Below, one piece after another: positions 1 to 9,000 of a DNA stretch of 24,021 nucleotides. This stretch comes from a virus (lineage: Duplodnaviria; Heunggongvirae; Uroviricota; Caudoviricetes; Crassvirales): positions 1-24,021 of IMG/VR virus record IMGVR_UViG_3300008267_000092; one strand, written 5' to 3'. Position 1 is the first letter of the stretch, and every line of letters begins with the position of its first letter. The translations under genes were made by a program, and so were the position numbers. The notes under the pieces are model-generated. The model saw only the letters and a program-made list of their open reading frames with translations, made no database searches and was not told the DNA's origin.

Positions 1-897
1 TTTACTCACGCTTTAGTGTTTAATTTACAAGGCGATATAACCACTACTGCTTTGGATTGGTTCGGAGTTAATCTTTTGAATTGTACAAGTGGTGGAACTA
101 TTAAAGACTATGCTAATTTTGTAATGAGTGACTGTGCTTTTTTAAATAGTGGAGGTTTTAACTTTGACGGAACGATTGGAACTATTGGATATAGTAATTG
201 CCTTTTTAATACCGCAACTGGAACTACTGCAATTAATATCTTATCAACTTGTAATGTAAGCCGTAGGTTAAGAATTATCTACTCTTCATTCGTTATTGGT
301 AGCGGGGAAACAGGCGTAAATTTTAGCACTTCGGCAACGGTTGGCGATGAAAAGTATATCTTAGATACGATTAACTTCTCAGGTGGCGGAACTTATACAA
401 GTGGAGTTTTAAACACTTCAAATAAAGCCTTGTTTGTAAATTGCGTAGGTATTGCGAACACTGCAACGCGTGGCTTTATGTATATGATTAACAACACAAC
501 CGATACTACCATAGGTGCAGGAAATGTTAACGTATGGGTAAAGGCTTTGGGTACCACAACAGCAGACACGGGAAACTCTAAGTTTGACCACGCTAGTAAC
601 AGACTAACGTACACAGGAGCGTTTAATACTTCATTTTTAGTAACAATTAACGCAGCGGTTAGGTCAGGTACTACCAATCAAAATATTAGTATTGGAGTTG
701 CTAAGAATGGAACTATTTTAGCTAATTCAGAAATGACAATCAGAACGTCAACGGCTAATCAAGAACATCCAGGCAGTACACAATATGTAATTGATTTAGT
801 TGCTAATGACTATTTAGAATTGTTTGTAAAAAACTCGCAGTCGCCTGATGTTAGGGTTTCAGATTTAAATTTTTCAATAATTAAAATACCATCATAA
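1..897 (+). CDS. Tail fibre/spike protein, C-terminal part (5' truncated; frame open from position 1)
   Basis: Frame 1 is open from base 1 (FTHALVFNLQ...), so the GTG at 16 is not the real start. G/T/N/S-rich beta-helix-like repeats are followed by a C-terminal C1q/BclA-like jelly-roll pattern (NRLTYTG...FLVTINAAV...ISIGVAKNG...VIDLVANDYLELFVKN). Lies upstream of the lysis genes. Confidence 0.7.
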   Translation, partial: FTHALVFNLQGDITTTALDWFGVNLLNCTSGGTIKDYANFVMSDCAFLNSGGFNFDGTIGTIGYSNCLFNTATGTTAINILSTCNVSRRLRIIYSSFVIGSGETGVNFSTSATVGDEKYILDTINFSGGGTYTSGVLNTSNKALFVNCVGIANTATRGFMYMINNTTDTTIGAGNVNVWVKALGTTTADTGNSKFDHASNRLTYTGAFNTSFLVTINAAVRSGTTNQNISIGVAKNGTILANSEMTIRTSTANQEHPGSTQYVIDLVANDYLELFVKNSQSPDVRVSDLNFSIIKIPS

Positions 898-1022
898 TGT
901 ATTTCAAGCAATCAAAGGAAGTATTAGAAGCAAAACTAGGAAAAGGATATAGAACAGGTAGATATATTGCATTGACTTTAAGTTCAATATTTTTTACACC
1001 TTATAAATCATTAAAAAACTAA
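897..1022 (+). CDS. Possible 41-aa small protein (MYFKQSKEVLEAKLGKGYRTGRYIALTLSSIFFTPYKSLKN)
   Basis: The ATG overlaps the upstream stop (TAATG at 895-899), and the ORF fills the gap exactly up to the next gene. No recognisable family. Confidence 0.35.
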   Translation: MYFKQSKEVLEAKLGKGYRTGRYIALTLSSIFFTPYKSLKN

Positions 1023-1025
1023 AAT

Positions 1026-1691
1026 GTGGAGACGCTAGATATAACAACATTAACACAAAAATTAACACCTTTCTTAACATTCGTATTAATAGCATTATAT
1101 ATATTTAAAGATACAATTAATGAGAAAATAAAGAGCTGGAGGAAATCAAAGAAGATTGAAATATTAACCTCTCACGATGTATTCCTTACAACCGAGAACG
1201 TAAGAACTATAATTAAGAGAATTGAGTTTACCACAAAAGGAAGTCCCGATGTAATGAAAACAAAAGTACTACATCATTTAATTGACTTAAAGATTGATAC
1301 AGTAAACCTTAGATTTAAAGAACTATTAATGGATTCTGATGTAGATGATTGTAGTGGTCAAAGTCTTAAATTTAAAGTCATTACTTGCTTAACTAACGTA
1401 GTAAAGGAATACAACGACCAAGCATTGAAAGATTTTGTATCTTGGGGAATAAGTGAAGCTGATGCAAAATTTGCTATTGACGCTTACGAAGACTTCAGAA
1501 AAGATATTGTAGATGCGTTTCTTGAAAGGTTAGAGAGTATTAGTACTAATGATGATTATAATACAAATTACGATAAAATGAGTAGCATACTTGAGGTAGT
1601 TGCAATTTCACTATATTTGATACCTAAAGACGCAAAAAATGCGTTTGATTTAATTAATGGTAAGTTTTATAAATATGGTCAAAGCAATTGA
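1026..1691 (+). CDS. Single-pass membrane protein, putative holin/antiholin-type lysis protein
   Basis: One N-terminal hydrophobic helix (LTPFLTFVLIALYIF) followed by basic residues (KIKSWRKSKK) and a helical soluble domain. Immediately upstream of the endolysin. GTG start. Function inferred from position only. Confidence 0.45.
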   Translation: METLDITTLTQKLTPFLTFVLIALYIFKDTINEKIKSWRKSKKIEILTSHDVFLTTENVRTIIKRIEFTTKGSPDVMKTKVLHHLIDLKIDTVNLRFKELLMDSDVDDCSGQSLKFKVITCLTNVVKEYNDQALKDFVSWGISEADAKFAIDAYEDFRKDIVDAFLERLESISTNDDYNTNYDKMSSILEVVAISLYLIPKDAKNAFDLINGKFYKYGQSN

Positions 1692-1738
1692 GTTATTAGT
1701 AGGTATTACGTAGGGAAATTTAATAAATAAAAATAGAT

Positions 1739-2206
1739 ATGATAACAACAAAAGAATTAGTTAAAAGATACGGAACTCCAACGCAAGATGGAAACCCTTA
1801 TTTAATCACTATAACACTACCATACCCTATGCGACTAGCCTGGGATAAGAATGTTATGGTTAAAACAATGAGATGTCATAGACTTGTAGCTGACAACTTC
1901 CTTAGAGTATTCAATGAGTTATTGAAGGTATATGGTTACGAGAAGATTAAAGAGCTTGGTATCGACTTATTTGGAGGTTGTTTTAACTATAGAGCTATGC
2001 GTGGAGGAAGTGACTATTCGAGACATTCATGGGGAGTGGCAATAGATTTAGATCCTGAAAGAAACCAGCTTAAAGAAACTTCAAAAACAGCTAGATTTGC
2101 AAGACCTGAATACAAACCTATGATTGATATTTTCTACAAACATGGATTTATCAGCTTAGGTAAAGAGAAGAATTATGATTGGATGCACTTTGAAATTAAA
2201 GAATAA
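1739..2206 (+). CDS. Endolysin, Zn-dependent peptidase family M15 (L-Ala-D-Glu/D-Ala-D-Ala peptidase type)
   Basis: Motifs FNYR, SRHSWGVAID (SxHxxGxAxD) and C-terminal WMHFE supply the His/Asp/His zinc ligands typical of M15 phage endolysins. Confidence 0.88.
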   Translation: MITTKELVKRYGTPTQDGNPYLITITLPYPMRLAWDKNVMVKTMRCHRLVADNFLRVFNELLKVYGYEKIKELGIDLFGGCFNYRAMRGGSDYSRHSWGVAIDLDPERNQLKETSKTARFARPEYKPMIDIFYKHGFISLGKEKNYDWMHFEIKE

Positions 2207-2209
2207 GTT

Positions 2210-2833
2210 ATGAAAAATATCAACATTAAAGAACTTTTAAAATATTTAATAATTTTCATTTTAATATTAATTATATACTTGCAAAGAAGTTGTACTAATA
2301 AAAATGTAGTGGTTGTAAAAACTCCTGAATTAAAAGGTTCTTTCAACACCGTTAAACCTAAAGAGATTCCATCTAAAACAAAATATGTTTATGTAACCTT
2401 AAAAGGTAAAACAATTAATCTTACAAATCCTGTAAATGATTCGTTAGTTAAAGCTTATGAAAAATCTCAAGATTCAATATGTAAATTACAATTGTATATA
2501 GATGCCGTTTCTGAAAGAGAATATCTTACAGAATATAATAATGATACTATAAATTTAAAAGTATATTCTAAAACACAAGGTGTACTTTTAAGTCAGAAAC
2601 CATCGTATGTTATTAAAAGTAGAACTGTAGATGTTCCTATTAAAGCTAAAGAACAAAAGTTTGCTACATATTTAGGTGTTGATATTTTTGATAATCGTTC
2701 ATTTAATAATTTTGGAGTTAAAGCATCGTTAGGTTTTCAAAATAAAAATAAAGATATTTTAACAATTGCTTATGACACTCGACAAAATATTTATTTAGGA
2801 TACTCTATTAAACTTTTTAGTATTACAAAATAA
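2210..2833 (+). CDS. Membrane-anchored protein, putative spanin-like lysis accessory
   Basis: N-terminal hydrophobic stretch (LIIFILILIIYL) followed by QRSC (Cys28, weak lipobox). C-terminal amphipathic beta-strands ending ...IYLGYSIKLFSITK. Directly downstream of the endolysin. Confidence 0.5.
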   Translation: MKNINIKELLKYLIIFILILIIYLQRSCTNKNVVVVKTPELKGSFNTVKPKEIPSKTKYVYVTLKGKTINLTNPVNDSLVKAYEKSQDSICKLQLYIDAVSEREYLTEYNNDTINLKVYSKTQGVLLSQKPSYVIKSRTVDVPIKAKEQKFATYLGVDIFDNRSFNNFGVKASLGFQNKNKDILTIAYDTRQNIYLGYSIKLFSITK

Positions 2834-2856
2834 ATTATAAAATAAATGGTTTAAAA

Positions 2857-2888
2857 TTTGGAATTGTCATTAATTATCACTATATTTG
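2857..2888 (+). promoter_or_regulatory. Bacteroidota housekeeping-sigma promoter P1 (-33 TTTG, N20, -7 TATATTTG)
   Basis: TTTG at 2857-2860 and TATATTTG at 2881-2888 with a 20-nt spacer. Intergenic, 26 nt upstream of ATG 2915. Same geometry at 10663 and 21418. Confidence 0.82.
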
Positions 2889-2914
2889 CATTAATATTAT
2901 TAAATATAAAAAAT

Positions 2915-3847
2915 ATGACAATTAAAGAAATTAAAGAGTTTATTAAATTTCGTCCTGGATATATTAAGGAGGGTGCTAAAAGATTAAGATTTCATTTATT
3001 AAAAAAGGGTTATGACCCAACAATTAATAACTGTAAAATCGCTTTACGTGAATGTCGTGAAGAATTTAAAATGCAAATCACTTCAACTACACCTAATACT
3101 TCAAAAGTTTTAATTTACGATATTGAAACATCTTATAACATTGTTAAGTCTTGGAGAGTAGGTTACAATTTAAATATTAATCCTCAAGATATTTTACACG
3201 AACGTAAAATTATATGTATTAGTTATAAATGGTTTGGTGAAGATCAAATTTATAATTTATCTTGGGATAAAAATCAATGTGATAAATTTATGATTGAACA
3301 GTTTATTGAGGTGTTAAATGATGCTGATTTAATTGTTTCACATAATGGTGATAAATTTGACTTACCTTGGATTAAAACACGAGCGTTATATCATAACCTA
3401 CCAATGCTGGTAAACTATAAACAATTTGATACATTAAAAGTTGCTAAAAGAAAATTTAATTTTAACTCCAATCGTCTAGATTATATTTCAGAATTTTTAG
3501 GTTTTGGAAATAAGATTAAAACTGAAATGGCTTTATGGGATAAAATCATTCTTAATAAATGTCCAGTCGCAATGAAAAAAATGATTGAATATTGTGATAT
3601 GGACGTAGAACTTTTAGATAAAGTTTACGATAAATTAATGTATTGGGAAAATCCAATGAATCATGCAGGCGTAGATAATGATTTACCAAAATATAGTTCA
3701 CCTATTTCAGGTAGTTTAAATCTTGAACTTGTAAAAACTATTACAACTAATCGTGGTACAATTAAACGTATTATGCGAGATTTAGATACAGATCGATTAT
3801 TTGAAATGAGCGATTCTAATTTTAAAAAATATAAACTAAATAAATAA
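2915..3847 (+). CDS. DEDDy 3'-5' exonuclease of the RNase H-like fold (RNase_H_2/YprB/PolB-exonuclease-like), 310 aa
   Basis: ExoI YDIETS, ExoII HNGDKFDLPWI and ExoIII YCDMDV motifs. Start moved from the track's TTG 2858, which lies inside promoter P1, to ATG 2915, which has an A-rich leader. Confidence 0.85.
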   Translation: MTIKEIKEFIKFRPGYIKEGAKRLRFHLLKKGYDPTINNCKIALRECREEFKMQITSTTPNTSKVLIYDIETSYNIVKSWRVGYNLNINPQDILHERKIICISYKWFGEDQIYNLSWDKNQCDKFMIEQFIEVLNDADLIVSHNGDKFDLPWIKTRALYHNLPMLVNYKQFDTLKVAKRKFNFNSNRLDYISEFLGFGNKIKTEMALWDKIILNKCPVAMKKMIEYCDMDVELLDKVYDKLMYWENPMNHAGVDNDLPKYSSPISGSLNLELVKTITTNRGTIKRIMRDLDTDRLFEMSDSNFKKYKLNK

Positions 3848-3852
3848 CTTTT

Positions 3853-3891
3853 AAACCTCTTAGCTCAAATATGTAGTTGAGAGGTTTTTTT
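3853..3891 (+). terminator. Rho-independent terminator T1
   Basis: AAACCTCTTAGCT-caaatatgt-AGTTGAGAGGTTT forms a 13-bp stem with two G-U pairs, continuing into a 7-T run, 5 nt after the exonuclease stop. Confidence 0.8.
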
Positions 3892-3902
3892 AATTAAAAA
3901 AA

Positions 3903-4583
3903 ATGATACTAGAACGAATTATTTACGATGTACGCGAACAGTTAAAATTATTTACAGACGATTTTGAAATTGATGATAGATATATTATACATTTATTTAA
4001 TATAAAACGTGCTAAATATTTACGTCAAGAATTAAATAATTATCAACGTACAACAGATGTTTCTGTAAAGCAAACCCTATGTTTAGGTTTAGAAAAGGTT
4101 ACATCAAATCAATGTGGTTTAGATTATGAATGTGGATATATTTTAAGAACTGTACGTGAAATACCTCAACCTTTAGAATTACATATTAAATCTGCGATTA
4201 CAAGTGTAAGACCTACAAATAGAATTGAATTACCTTTTAATTTTGTAACTAAGGAGAAAGGTATTTATAGTAAGTACTCACCTTTCAATAAAGCTGTATT
4301 TGCTTTTCTAGATGTTGATAAACATATTTACGTAGTATCTACAAATGATGCTGTTAACATGTTAGAATGTCTTACCGTTACAGGTGTTTTTGAAGACCCT
4401 CTAGATTTAAAAAACTATTTAGATTGTTGTAGTTGTGAAGATGCTAAACCTTGTTTTGATGAACTTAAAACAGATTACCCTTTACAGCCTCACTATGTAG
4501 ATTTAATTAAAGGTGAAATCATTAAAGAGTTAGCTGCTAGATTTAATATACCTGAAGATAAAGAAAATGACTCAAATGATTAA
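3903..4583 (+). CDS. Tail ring/tubular (adaptor) protein, crAss001 gp40-like
   Basis: 226 aa, first gene of the tail block. Features recalled from crAss-like ring proteins (IIYDVRE, DDRYIIHL, GVFEDP, YPL...LIK.EI) plus Cys-rich loops. Assignment relies on synteny. Confidence 0.65.
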   Translation: MILERIIYDVREQLKLFTDDFEIDDRYIIHLFNIKRAKYLRQELNNYQRTTDVSVKQTLCLGLEKVTSNQCGLDYECGYILRTVREIPQPLELHIKSAITSVRPTNRIELPFNFVTKEKGIYSKYSPFNKAVFAFLDVDKHIYVVSTNDAVNMLECLTVTGVFEDPLDLKNYLDCCSCEDAKPCFDELKTDYPLQPHYVDLIKGEIIKELAARFNIPEDKENDSND

Positions 4584-5094
4584 GAATCCTAGAAGTGAGG
4601 GTAAAATTAAAACTCACTACGGTATGGTTGACTATTTTAAATTTTTTAAATCTAAACATCCTGAAATAAACATTGATCGTGTAAAATATTCAAATATAAT
4701 TTCAGAGTTTAATAAAGAGGTTATAAATTTAATTATTGAGGAAACCTTAGAATATGATTTACCACATATAGGTTCATCATTAAGCATCAAACAAGAAAAA
4801 CGTTTACCTAAAATTGTAAATGGTAAACTATACAACACTGTACCTGTAGACTGGGTAGCCACAAATAAATTGTGGTTTGAAGATTCTGAAGCTCGTGATA
4901 AAAAATTATTAGTAAGATATACTAACTCTCATAGTTCAAAATACGTATTTAGAATTTATTTTAAAAAGTATAAACAAGCGTTCTTCAATAAAAAATATTA
5001 TCAATTTAAACCTACAAGAACATTTCAAAGATTATTATGTAGTAGGATTAAAGATGAAAATAAAGAAAAGTATAACACATTTTTATTATATTAA
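4567..5094 (+). CDS. IHF/HU-like DNA-binding protein conserved in crAss-like phages
   Basis: Basic 175-aa protein with YSNIISEFN, LPHIGSSLSI, VDWVATNKLW and YYQFKPTRTFQR, resembling the crAss 'IHF subunit' family located between ring-protein genes. Start could also be ATG 4576. Confidence 0.65.
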   Translation: MTQMIKNPRSEGKIKTHYGMVDYFKFFKSKHPEINIDRVKYSNIISEFNKEVINLIIEETLEYDLPHIGSSLSIKQEKRLPKIVNGKLYNTVPVDWVATNKLWFEDSEARDKKLLVRYTNSHSSKYVFRIYFKKYKQAFFNKKYYQFKPTRTFQRLLCSRIKDENKEKYNTFLLY

Positions 5095-5096
5095 AT

Positions 5097-5267
5097 ATGA
5101 CAGGAATATATAAAATAACAAGTCCAACAAATAAAATTTATAACTGTGCAAAAGAGGCATTGATAGATTTTAATATTACGTATAGTACACTAATTAGATA
5201 TTTAAAAAATAAATTACCAAATAAAACAACATTAATATATTATAATCATGACGAATTCAAATTATAA
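5097..5267 (+). pseudogene. Internally deleted GIY-YIG homing endonuclease (GIY start fused to a NUMOD1-like HTH), 56 aa
   Basis: Translation is MTGIYKITSPTNKIY/NCAKEALIDFNITYSTLIRYLKNKLPNKTTLIYYNHDEFKL. The first 15 aa are a GIY-x9-Y(IG) start, and the remainder matches the C-terminal NUMOD1/IENR1 pattern. The catalytic core is absent. Not in the ORF track. Confidence 0.75.
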
Positions 5268-6003
5268 ATCATTAGGTACTGTGCTTTGGAGAGTAATGAA
5301 ACATTCACTTTGCCAAGAACTCACATATGAGGAAGCTGCAGAGTATGCTTTAGAATTTATAAAGCTATTAGGTGCACCTGTTATATATTTAGATAATGTG
5401 AAGATGTTAGAATTAAGTTGTCATAAAACAGCATTACCATGTGACCTATTATATTTAAATGGTGTTAGGTATATGGACACTGACCTTGAAGGTGCTATCC
5501 ACGAACCTATTGCAATGAGGGAGGCTACAAATGTTTATCATTTAGATCCTGCAGAATTTGCAAATGAAACTAATACTGATTTCAATTTAAGAGGTAATCA
5601 TAGACGTAATGAGTTTACATATCAAATTCAAAAAGGTATATTATTTGCATCTGTACCTGAAGGTTCTGTTGAAATTTCATATAAAGGAATTGCTGTAGAT
5701 GAAGATGGTTATCCTTTAATACCTGATAATGAAAAGGTCATGTTAGGTTTAGAATATTATATTCTTAGTAGATATTTAGAACCATTGTGGATGATGGGTA
5801 AAATTACAGATAAAGCTTTTGAATATATACAACAAAAGAGATATTTCTATACACCTTCCGCATTCACATCGTTACAAATGCCGAGTTTGGATAAAATGGA
5901 AACTATGATGAATAGTTTAAATAGATTAATAATCAATACTACAGCTCATCAAAACTTCTTTAAAAAGATGGGTGAGAAGGAAAGGTTGAAAAAATTTCGT
6001 TAA
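5248..6003 (+). CDS. Tail ring/tubular protein (P22 gp4-like tubular family; crAss001 gp43-like)
   Basis: 251 aa, immediately upstream of the muzzle gene. Motifs LPCDL, VEISYKGIAVDEDGYPLIPDN and LEYYI, as recalled for crAss-like ring proteins. Confidence 0.7.
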   Translation: MTNSNYKSLGTVLWRVMKHSLCQELTYEEAAEYALEFIKLLGAPVIYLDNVKMLELSCHKTALPCDLLYLNGVRYMDTDLEGAIHEPIAMREATNVYHLDPAEFANETNTDFNLRGNHRRNEFTYQIQKGILFASVPEGSVEISYKGIAVDEDGYPLIPDNEKVMLGLEYYILSRYLEPLWMMGKITDKAFEYIQQKRYFYTPSAFTSLQMPSLDKMETMMNSLNRLIINTTAHQNFFKKMGEKERLKKFR

Positions 6004-6020
6004 TATATAAACAATAAATA

Positions 6021-9000
6021 ATGAATAAAATCGTTAGACAATCCTATAGTGGGATGGCTCAAGATATTTCGAAATCAAAATTTTCAAATCAATTTTATTT
6101 TGAAGGTAAAAATATTAGAATTGTTACCACAGACACTCAGAGTACAGGTTCGATAACTAATGAAAAAGGAAACTCTTTAATACTAAAAGTACCTAAACCT
6201 GTTATAAATTATACTACTAAAATTATAACTTACGGTTCTAAATCGTTATCTTATACTAATGATGAGATTAATTATAATTCTCAAAGTGGAGATCAAGTGA
6301 TTATAGGTCAAGGTACAACAAGAGATTATGTAATACTTTTTACAACAGATAATAATGGTTTTGATTGTGTATGGAGTGTTAAATATGAAGATTATGAATT
6401 AAAACTTTTGTATTTAAGAAATTTAAATTTTTCAACATCTAATCCAATACAATGTCTTAATAATTTTGAAAACTCAAATATTGATAAAATATATTGGGTT
6501 AATGGTGTTAACCAGATTCAATTTTTAAATATCAAACATTCTATTGATAACCAAGATTTAGAGGAATTAATAGATTTACCTGTAAATGTAATCGACATGG
6601 TTGGTAAATATAGTCTTAGTGCACCTAAGATTACCTCTATTCTTTCAGGAGGTACACATACGTCAGGTATGATTCAATATGCATACAATCTTTATAGATT
6701 AAATTCTGCACAAACTAAATTAAGTCCTTTGAGTGAGTTAATACCTCTGGATAAAGGTATCTTAGGAGGTGGTAATTTAAATGAAAATGTAGGTTCTATA
6801 CCTGTCATCAATATAAATAATATTGACACTAATTACACAAATATTCGAGTATATTCTATAAAATATACCTCTTATAATGAAACACCTAAAGTATCATTAA
6901 TAGAAGATAGAAAGATACCTTCGAAGGGTTCTATTGAAATACTAGATGATAATACTACAATTACAAGTTTGTCGTTAGAGGAATTTTTATTTTTAGGTTC
7001 AGATATAATCATACCTAAACACATTACTAGTAAATTTAACAGGTTATTTATAGCCAACTATGATGAGCTTAATTTTGATGTGAAGTTAGATATGAGAGCC
7101 TATTCATTTCCTCAGTTATCAACATCTGTAAATGTTTATAATGATATCGAGTTAGATGACACCACAGGAGATATTGTACCATCTGAACCAGTATTACAGA
7201 ATACTAGAAATATAACATCTACTTTTACAGATTCAATTGATGATACTTTTGATTCTATAAATTTAAATTACGATGTAAATAGATATTTATATAATTCGTC
7301 AATACAAGGTGGTGAGGGTAAATATTTGAAATATGAATTATTGCAGACAACGGACTATGCTGAAGACAGACGTTATTTTAAAGATGATGAAATATATCGT
7401 TTAGGTATTGAATTTTTTAATGTCTACGGTCAAGTTAGTTTACCTAAGTGGGTTAGTGATTTTAAAGCACCATCTGGTAATCTTAAAGGTCTTCTTAATA
7501 TTTTAAAAATTGAATTAAAATCTGAGTTTTTTACATGGTTAAATATTAGTTCTAATTTTGAAGCTGAATATTCGAAACCTGTAGGGTATAGATTGTTAAT
7601 TGCAGAAAGAACACTTTCAGATAGAACTATTATTGCAAATGGGGCATTAGGTTCTATGATGATTAATGATAAAAGTACAAGAGATGTACCGTTGGATTAT
7701 CGTTCAAATCCTACAGAATATCAATATGTTAAAAATAAAACAGATGAACTTGTGAAATTACCTAATTTCTTATTGAGAAATTGTAATGAAACGTCATTTT
7801 ATGGTAATACACAACCATTACAAAAAGCCTCACATTTAGCAGATATGAATAGAGCTCGTGAAAACTCAAACACAGAGGTTTGTAGAGCTTATTATGGTGA
7901 CGATGATACTTCAGGTAGGTTTTATCAATTTAATCCAATGTTACAGTTGTATTCACCTGAAATATTATTTAAAGAAAGTATTTCATTAAATAGTGGGTTA
8001 GAATTAAAAATAAAAGGTGCATTTAAAAATACTTATAATGCCGTATGGGCTAGAAAATATGAAGCTAATGGTTCGGGAAATATTGCTGATGAAGTTAAAG
8101 CATTTGAAGGTATTATTCCTGCTTATGCTAAAAAAGTAACTCAAATATTAGGTAATCCTAACGCACCTTTAGATTATGGTATTGTATGTCATCCTGGAGG
8201 TAGTGCCCCAGACCGTGTGACACATTCTAAATTTTATAGAGGATATGGTGTTGTGGATATTACAGATGCTTATAATAGTGCAAAATTTATTGAAATTTAT
8301 CAACCTTTTGTGGGTACCACATTACCAGATACTAAAGATTATGTAAATAAGTACGGTCAAGGTTTACAGGTTACAATAAATTCAACAGGTTATCGTAAAG
8401 CGTATATATCATATACTGTAACACCTGATGTTTTAAATTTATTAACACCTTACACAATATCTGTAACTTCTGATAATGAAGGAAATAATGTGTTAATCAC
8501 ACACAATGTTATTTCAGGTAGTTATACGATTGATGTACCTGTTAGAGAATCTCCACTTACAACAACCCCTAATATTGAAAAAACATTTGAAACTTATTTA
8601 AAAATAAAAACACCTGGTGATGTACCATTTAAAGGTACTATGGATTGTTTAGTTAAAATTGCAGATTCAGGTCCTACAGATATTAAAATTGAAGTCTTAT
8701 CTACAGCTAACCTATTTTCAATTAATAATCCTGAATATATTTCAACTAATGCTTTCTCATCTGCAGATTATACTAAATCTTATAAAATTTACGGAACTCC
8801 TGAATTAACTGAAAAAGGTCAATCGTTTACCATCTATAATAAAGATAGTAATTACAGATATTCAAATTCATTTACAGGAATATATACTGACGGAGATAGT
8901 TCTTGGGATAAAACTGGTCTATATGGTCGTAGAATTATAAATTCTAATTCAGATAACAATAGATGTATTACTTTTGTAACAGGACCTAAAAATAGTAGTA

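Noticed and set aside
560-897. Possible diversity-generating retroelement variable region at the tail fibre C-terminus
   Set aside because: No template repeat or reverse transcriptase in the window, and I saw no second near-identical copy of this sequence.
1590-2690. Intragenic promoter-like matches (TATATTTG 1612-1619; TTTG 2660-2663 with TATTTTTG 2683-2690)
   Set aside because: They lie inside coding sequence. The first lacks a correctly spaced TTTG, the second lacks the TTTGGA/TATATTTG signature, and such matches are expected by chance in AT-rich DNA.
2858-2914. 19-aa hydrophobic N-terminal extension of the exonuclease from TTG 2858, which could look like a signal peptide
   Set aside because: It is the translation of the AT-rich promoter P1 itself. 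The transcript would start downstream of this codon, and ATG 2915 has the proper leader.
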